64,000 bases of DNA, taken from contig CAWKMU010000003.1 in assembly GCA_963850905.1 (NCBI GenBank), positions 1,536,001-1,600,000 of the forward strand, in the 5' to 3' direction. This document shows positions 59,244 through 64,000 of the stretch, in pieces. The number at the start of each line of letters is the position of its first letter. The first letter of the stretch is position 1. A model generated the notes under the pieces. The model made no database searches and was not told the DNA's origin. It saw nothing but the letters and a program-made list of their open reading frames with translations. Position numbers and translations under genes: made by a program. Source of the stretch: an uncultured Gemmatimonadales bacterium. Lineage in GTDB: Bacteria > Gemmatimonadota > Gemmatimonadetes > Gemmatimonadales > Gemmatimonadaceae.

Positions 59244-59860
59244 GAGAGCGGTGTGGCAACGACCGACACGGCCTGAGAGCATGGCCGGTGTCGACGTGAT
59301 CCGGGTCACGTAATGCATTGAGCGCAATGGCGAAGCACCTGATTTTGAGACAGACCCAACGAGCAATGCCCCGCTGACACGCAGCACCCGTGCTTGGACT
59401 CGCAACGATCGGGTGAAGGTCCTAACCCGTTGTCGCGATGCTCGTTGTGCGTTTTGCCCCTTCGTCGACCGTGCGATCTGCGCGATCTATGTGTTGAGAA
59501 CAGACCACACGAGTGTGGCGAGCCACGAGGCGACTAGGACGAAAGGCAAAAGGTGGCGCCGTGCAACGAAGGACCTGTGATGCACGTCACCCCTTGCCAG
59601 ACAGGTGAAACCGCCGCGCACCCGCCTCGACGATTTGAAGGATTTCGATTCCGCGGGGGTTCGCTTCTTGTAGTTCCTGACGTGCGACCGGTGACCTCCG
59701 ACCGCTAATCATTTGTGTCAGTCATCACCATCAATGCTGTTGTGCAGGTGCTGCATAGTTTCGTTACGGTTGAGTGCGCTAGAGAGACAGAAGTCCTTTA
59801 TTCTCAAGGAGTTCAGAGATCGTTAAAGCCCTGCACGAGTCGTGCATACGCGAGCGCGCC

Positions 59861-60922
59861 ATGACTGATCCCGCTGGCCACGCGCGCGCTCGTGCGGCGC
59901 GACCACTTCTCGTGCTCATCGCGAACGACCAGGAATGGTCGGCTCGTTCGCTCGAGACGATCCTCGGACCGCGTGGCTACGCGGTGCTCCGTAGCTACAA
60001 CGCGCGCCAAACGCTGGATCTCGCGCGACGCGTCCGGCCGGATGTCGTCATTCTCGACATCCGCTTCGCGGATGGCGACGGACGGGATGTCTGCCGCACG
60101 CTGCGAGAGCCGGGCTATCTGGGATCGGCGACGCCGATCCTCATGACATCGTCAGACCCGGGGCATCGCGGAGAACAGGTGGCGGCCTATGCGGCCGGTG
60201 CATGGGACTACGTGCTCTTGCCGCTGGACGGGGAAGTGTTGCTGCACAAGCTGGACACCTTCGCGGCAGCGAAACGCGAGGCGGATCGCCTCCGCGAGGA
60301 GGGGCTGCTCGATCCGGCGACTGGGCTGTACAACGCCCGTGGTCTGGCGAGGCGGGCCCGTGAGATCGGAGCCGAAGCGTCGCGCAGACGCGACCCACTC
60401 GCCTGTGTCGCCCTCATACCGGCCCCGGGAGACGGGACCGAATTCGATGATTCGACCGCCGATGATGTCGTGAGCCGCGTCGCTGAGAAGCTGGGAGGCG
60501 TGCTCCGTCGCACCGGCCGGACGTCCGATGCTGTCGGCCGCCTGGGTCGAACGGAATTCGCCATTATCGCGCCAGCGACCGAGGCTGCCGGGGCGCAGCG
60601 GCTCGCGGAACGTGTGCAGGCCGCCGTAGAAGCCGAGCGCATCCCCGTCACCAGTGGCACGCTCGTCGGCACCGGGGCTGCGTCGCACGCCCTCGGCAAT
60701 GGGTCCCACGACAAGCTGTCGCCAGGTGACGCCGACGGCTCGGATACCGGGTACGTCCGGGTGCGCGTCGTGTATTACGCCGTACCCGACTTCGCCGACT
60801 CACCCGTCGACGCGGTGGAGATGCTGGTGCGCGCTGCGACCGCTTTGCGCCAATCCCTCCCGGGTGGCGACGCCTCGGTGATCCAGGAGTTCAGTGAGGC
60901 CGAGAGAGCCAGCGCGAAATAG
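59861..60922 (+). CDS. Atypical receiver domain + degenerate GGDEF domain
   Basis: LIANDQEW, ILD, AGAWDY; LLDPATGLYN, RTSDAVGRLGRTEF (RxxD intact; GGDEF becomes GRTEF). Confidence 0.85.
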   Translation: MTDPAGHARARAARPLLVLIANDQEWSARSLETILGPRGYAVLRSYNARQTLDLARRVRPDVVILDIRFADGDGRDVCRTLREPGYLGSATPILMTSSDPGHRGEQVAAYAAGAWDYVLLPLDGEVLLHKLDTFAAAKREADRLREEGLLDPATGLYNARGLARRAREIGAEASRRRDPLACVALIPAPGDGTEFDDSTADDVVSRVAEKLGGVLRRTGRTSDAVGRLGRTEFAIIAPATEAAGAQRLAERVQAAVEAERIPVTSGTLVGTGAASHALGNGSHDKLSPGDADGSDTGYVRVRVVYYAVPDFADSPVDAVEMLVRAATALRQSLPGGDASVIQEFSEAERASAK

Positions 60923-61058
60923 GGGCAAGGGGTTTGGGGTCTGGGGTTTGGGGTAAATGCGACAGACGCGTAGGGCCAGTCACGGTGCATAGCGACTGGC
61001 CCTCGCGCTTTGTTGTGTTGCCCCAAACCCCAGACCCCAAACCCCAAACCCCAGACCC
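60922..61058. repeat. Inverted pair of heptamer arrays (GGGGNNN)5 ... (CCCCANA)5
   Basis: GGGGCAA GGGGTTT GGGGTCT GGGGTTT GGGGTAA (60922-60956) and CCCCAAA CCCCAGA CCCCAAA CCCCAAA CCCCAGA (61021-61055), between convergent genes. Confidence 0.85.
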
Positions 61059-61067
61059 GCCGTTGCC

Positions 61068-63548
61068 CTACCCAGGCGTCACCACTTCGCCCACGCGCGA
61101 GGGCAACTGCGCGCGCTTCTCCCCGTCATCCAGCTCGTAGCCGTACAGGTACGAGTAGTATCGGAAGGCGCCCTCGGCCTTGACGTCGTTGAGGACGGCG
61201 CCCAGCACTCGGACCGGATAGCGCTGCAACACTCCGAGCTTGGCCTGCGCCATCTGGCGATCGCTTTTCCCGATTCGCAGCACGAGGACCATGTTGCCGG
61301 TCGCCGCGCCGAGTGCAAACGGATCGATACCGGCGCCAAGCGGCGGGCTATCGACGATGATCGTGTCGAACAGGGGCCGGACTGCGCCGAGGAACTGTAG
61401 CATCGCCTGAGATGCCAGTAGCTCCGGTCCTCGATGTCTGCGGCCGCCGCAGGTCACGATCGTCAGTCGTTCGTAGTCCGTCTCCTGCAATACCTCTTCG
61501 AGCGACGCGTTGCCGGTGAGATAGTCCAGGAGGCCCGGTGACTGGCGCACGCCAAAGGTGCTGTGCAGCTGGCCGCGCCGGATGTCCCCGTCGACGACAA
61601 GCGTGCGCCGGCCGCTCTCGGCGAACGACATCCCCAGGTTCGACGAGATGAGCGACTTGCCATCCCCGGCGCCCGGACTGGTGATCGTAAACACGATCGG
61701 GCCGTCCGGATCGGTGAGGTGCAGGATGTTGAGGCGGATCGTGCGGAACGCCTCCACGACCTGTGCCGCTTCCTCCGGGTCGAATTCGCCCGAGCGGGGT
61801 TTCACGCCCGGCACCGTGCCGATGATCGGTAGCCCCAGCTCGTCGGTGGCCTGCTCCGGGTACCGCATCCGGCGGTCGAGGCGGTCAAAGAGCAGCGCCA
61901 GCGCCAGGCCTACGCCAAGTCCCGTCGCAAGCGCGAGCATGAAAATGCGCGGCTTCGAGTTGCGGCTGGGAGACTGTGGCGCGATCGCCTTGTCGAGTAC
62001 CTGGACATCGGGGATGGCGCTCTGCTGCGTGAGGAGTGCTTCTTCGTAGTGCGCTTGCAGCGTGTTGTATATCTGGGAGCTCTGTGTGACTTCTGCCTGC
62101 CGGCGCATCTCCTCGATCTCGGTGGCGGGGAGCTGCGTCGCGGTCAGTTGCGCGTTCGCGATGCGCTCGCTCCACCGCTGCGAGGTTGCACGCAGCCGGG
62201 CGAGGGATTGGGCCGCGAGCTGCGGGATCTGTGTGGTTTGGAGTGTGGCGATCTGAGCCTGGAGATCCAGCACGGGTTTGTACGAGTCCGTGTATTTCAG
62301 CTTGAGCTGGCGGAGATCGTTGGACTTCGTGGTGTAGTCCTGGATCGCCGACCGCAGATCCTCGGCCCCTTGCATGAGGGACGGGACGGCCACGAGGTCT
62401 TCCGGGTTCACCGGCGGGTGTGCCAGGATGTCCTGCACCCGAGCGATGTCATCGTGCAGGTTGTCGTTGGCGAACTTGAGACCGTAGTAATCGGCGACGG
62501 TGGGCGCAGCATTGTTTGCTCCGCCGAGCGCAGGGCCGCCACCCGATCCCCCACCGCCGTCGAGACCCTGCCCCGCGATCATCTGCGCGCTCGCCTTGCC
62601 CGCGTTGACCGCCGCCTGTTGGCCGTGGGAGATGGCGTTTCGCTCGAACTCCTCCAGGGCCTGTTCCGCGTCGTTCAACCGGCTGTGGGCGATCGCCGTC
62701 TGTGTTTGCAGGATCGACGTGCGCTGATCGACTTTCCGCCGCTTGAGCTCTCCGGCGACGTTCACGAATTGCGTCAGCCAGACGTTGAGTGTGGCGGCGG
62801 TCCCCGAGGGCGAATCGCCTATCAGCGCCGCGCGCATGTAGCTCGGGTTGTCCGGCAATACGGTGGTCACGTTGGCGATGAGCCCCTCGGACGCTTGACT
62901 CAACGACGAGACGGAGAAGTCCACACTTCCCGCCTGGCGCAGCTGCGTACCGCTGGGCTGCCAGAGCAACCCCAGACGTCGGCCGACCGAGTCACCGAGT
63001 CGCCCGCGATCCACCACCGTCCCTTCGGCGCCGGTCGTCAACAGGTACTGATTCCCGGTAGGCGAGACCTTCAACGTGTAGCCACCCGGCTGATAGCCGC
63101 TGGTGACGCTGAAGTTCGTGAACAGCGCGGAGTCGAGCTTGGGGATCCCGAGGTACAGGCGGCGCTGCATAACCACCGAGTCGGTCACTCGGTGGCTGCG
63201 GAACAACTCGTCCCAGCCGGTAGGGTTGAGAAGCTCCTGCGCCTGGATCGGCCCTTGCTGCGGCCCCCGATCATCGGTCGAGATCCAAATGGTGGCATGC
63301 GATTCGTACTCGGGCGTCGAGAGCTTCGCACCGACGAAGCCCCCGGCGGCGCCGAGAATGAGGCAGCCCGCTACGAGCCAGCGATATCGAGCCAGCGCGG
63401 AGAGGTAGCGGTGCCAAGGGGTCGGCCGCTCCGTGTCTTCCACATAGGACAGCGGGGCGGAGGGCTCGTCGACCGCCGGCATGAACGCCGCATCATGCGA
63501 CTGCGCGGGGAGCGTCGAGCGTCCGGGCGGGAGGGACTTGGGGGCCAT
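61068..63548 (-). CDS. wzc: Wzc polysaccharide co-polymerase / BY-kinase
   Basis: Two TM segments flanking a coiled coil; EAFRTIRLN, Walker A SPGAGDGKS, VDGDIRR, IVDSPP, C-terminal Tyr cluster RYYSYLYGY. Confidence 0.92.
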   Translation of the reverse strand: MAPKSLPPGRSTLPAQSHDAAFMPAVDEPSAPLSYVEDTERPTPWHRYLSALARYRWLVAGCLILGAAGGFVGAKLSTPEYESHATIWISTDDRGPQQGPIQAQELLNPTGWDELFRSHRVTDSVVMQRRLYLGIPKLDSALFTNFSVTSGYQPGGYTLKVSPTGNQYLLTTGAEGTVVDRGRLGDSVGRRLGLLWQPSGTQLRQAGSVDFSVSSLSQASEGLIANVTTVLPDNPSYMRAALIGDSPSGTAATLNVWLTQFVNVAGELKRRKVDQRTSILQTQTAIAHSRLNDAEQALEEFERNAISHGQQAAVNAGKASAQMIAGQGLDGGGGSGGGPALGGANNAAPTVADYYGLKFANDNLHDDIARVQDILAHPPVNPEDLVAVPSLMQGAEDLRSAIQDYTTKSNDLRQLKLKYTDSYKPVLDLQAQIATLQTTQIPQLAAQSLARLRATSQRWSERIANAQLTATQLPATEIEEMRRQAEVTQSSQIYNTLQAHYEEALLTQQSAIPDVQVLDKAIAPQSPSRNSKPRIFMLALATGLGVGLALALLFDRLDRRMRYPEQATDELGLPIIGTVPGVKPRSGEFDPEEAAQVVEAFRTIRLNILHLTDPDGPIVFTITSPGAGDGKSLISSNLGMSFAESGRRTLVVDGDIRRGQLHSTFGVRQSPGLLDYLTGNASLEEVLQETDYERLTIVTCGGRRHRGPELLASQAMLQFLGAVRPLFDTIIVDSPPLGAGIDPFALGAATGNMVLVLRIGKSDRQMAQAKLGVLQRYPVRVLGAVLNDVKAEGAFRYYSYLYGYELDDGEKRAQLPSRVGEVVTPG

Positions 63549-63652
63549 GATTATGGGCAGAGAGCGTGGGCGCCGATGGGCTGGCGGCGTCTGTGATCAG
63601 AATTTAAGAGGCCACCGGACCCGCGCGACCCCTGCTTTCCCGGGGTCGGGGA

Positions 63653-63668
63653 CGCAAAATCGGGCCCA
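63653..63668 (-). promoter_or_regulatory. Possible sigma54 promoter of wzc
   Basis: Minus strand TGGGCCCGATTTTGCG (GG-N10-GC, non-consensus G after GG). Confidence 0.4.
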
Positions 63669-63719
63669 GGCGTCGGGTTCGCGGCCAAGCGGGCCGAGCC
63701 GCAAGACGCGATACCTGTA

Positions 63720-63737
63720 TGTAGCAAATATGCTACA
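63720..63737. promoter_or_regulatory. Enhancer-like palindrome TGTNGC-N6-GCNACA
   Basis: ATGTAGCA-AATA-TGCTACAT perfect inverted repeat (63719-63738). Confidence 0.65.
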
Positions 63738-63860
63738 TGATGTCGGCTTAGGAACACATGTGTGTGTTGCAAGCGCAACGTCGTGCCTTGACACATGCAA
63801 CACTTCGTGCTTACGTAGACCGGCTTGCTGGTCTCAAACTCCGGGCTAGGAGCTTCATTC

Positions 63861-64000
63861 ATGACGTCCTCCGGTGGTCCGCTGAACACAGCGGTCGACC
63901 TTCCCTTTGATGCGACTGGTCCTGGCGGAGGGCTCGCCACAGGGTTTACACCGCCCACCGGTGTCGGGGTTCTCACCCCGGCCTCGGAGGACGCGAAGCT
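63861..64000 (+). CDS. Possible 5' end of a divergent gene (truncated)
   Basis: AGGAG at 63848-63852, ATG 63861, frame open to window end; TTGACA at 63788. Confidence 0.4.
   Translation, partial: MTSSGGPLNTAVDLPFDATGPGGGLATGFTPPTGVGVLTPASEDAK

Noticed and set aside
1937..63596. Many long antisense or alternate-frame ORFs (e.g. 1937-3445, 32016-33533, 44507-45964, 51846-53276, 62049-63596)
   Set aside because: Arg/Ala/Pro-rich shadow ORFs expected in high-GC DNA; they overlap well-supported genes and show no motifs.
1..64000. Exosortase, PEP-CTERM target, PrsK/PrsR, transposase, tRNA or rRNA genes
   Set aside because: None recognisable in this window. The exosortase-A link rests only on associated gene families.

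Overview
GC-rich bacterial DNA, most likely Gemmatimonadota (inferred from gene content only). Almost the whole window is one large exopolysaccharide/cell-surface glycan locus of the Wzy-dependent type, with genes usually linked to exosortase-A/PEP-CTERM systems. It encodes Wzc, a Wza/SLBB export protein, a priming sugar transferase, Wzx, a Wzy/O-antigen ligase-like protein, many GT2/GT4 enzymes, six GT-C (ArnT/PMT-like) membrane transferases, four CE4 deacetylases, FemAB-like, AsnB, ATP-grasp, acyltransferase-SGNH and UbiA-type proteins. Five things stand out. (1) An apparently complete Campylobacter-type O-methyl-phosphoramidate (MeOPN) donor pathway (11.9-17.1 kb) in which the Cj1415-like kinase is fused to the Cj1418-like glutamine kinase; next to it is a sulfotransferase-fold protein that may be the missing phosphoramidate transferase. 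(2) Three tandem paralogous Ig-like/lyase-fold lipoproteins, each with its own c-di-GMP-I riboswitch. (3) A REC-degenerate GGDEF protein with an intact RxxD site, a likely c-di-GMP receptor. (4) A recurrent palindrome TGTNGC-N6-GCNACA paired with sigma54-type -24/-12 promoters and IHF-like sites at most operon heads. (5) Three disrupted genes (one in-frame TAG, three frameshifts), REP elements and heptamer repeat arrays. I saw no rRNA, tRNA, CRISPR array or transposase. All calls are by-eye motif recognition; no database searches were run.
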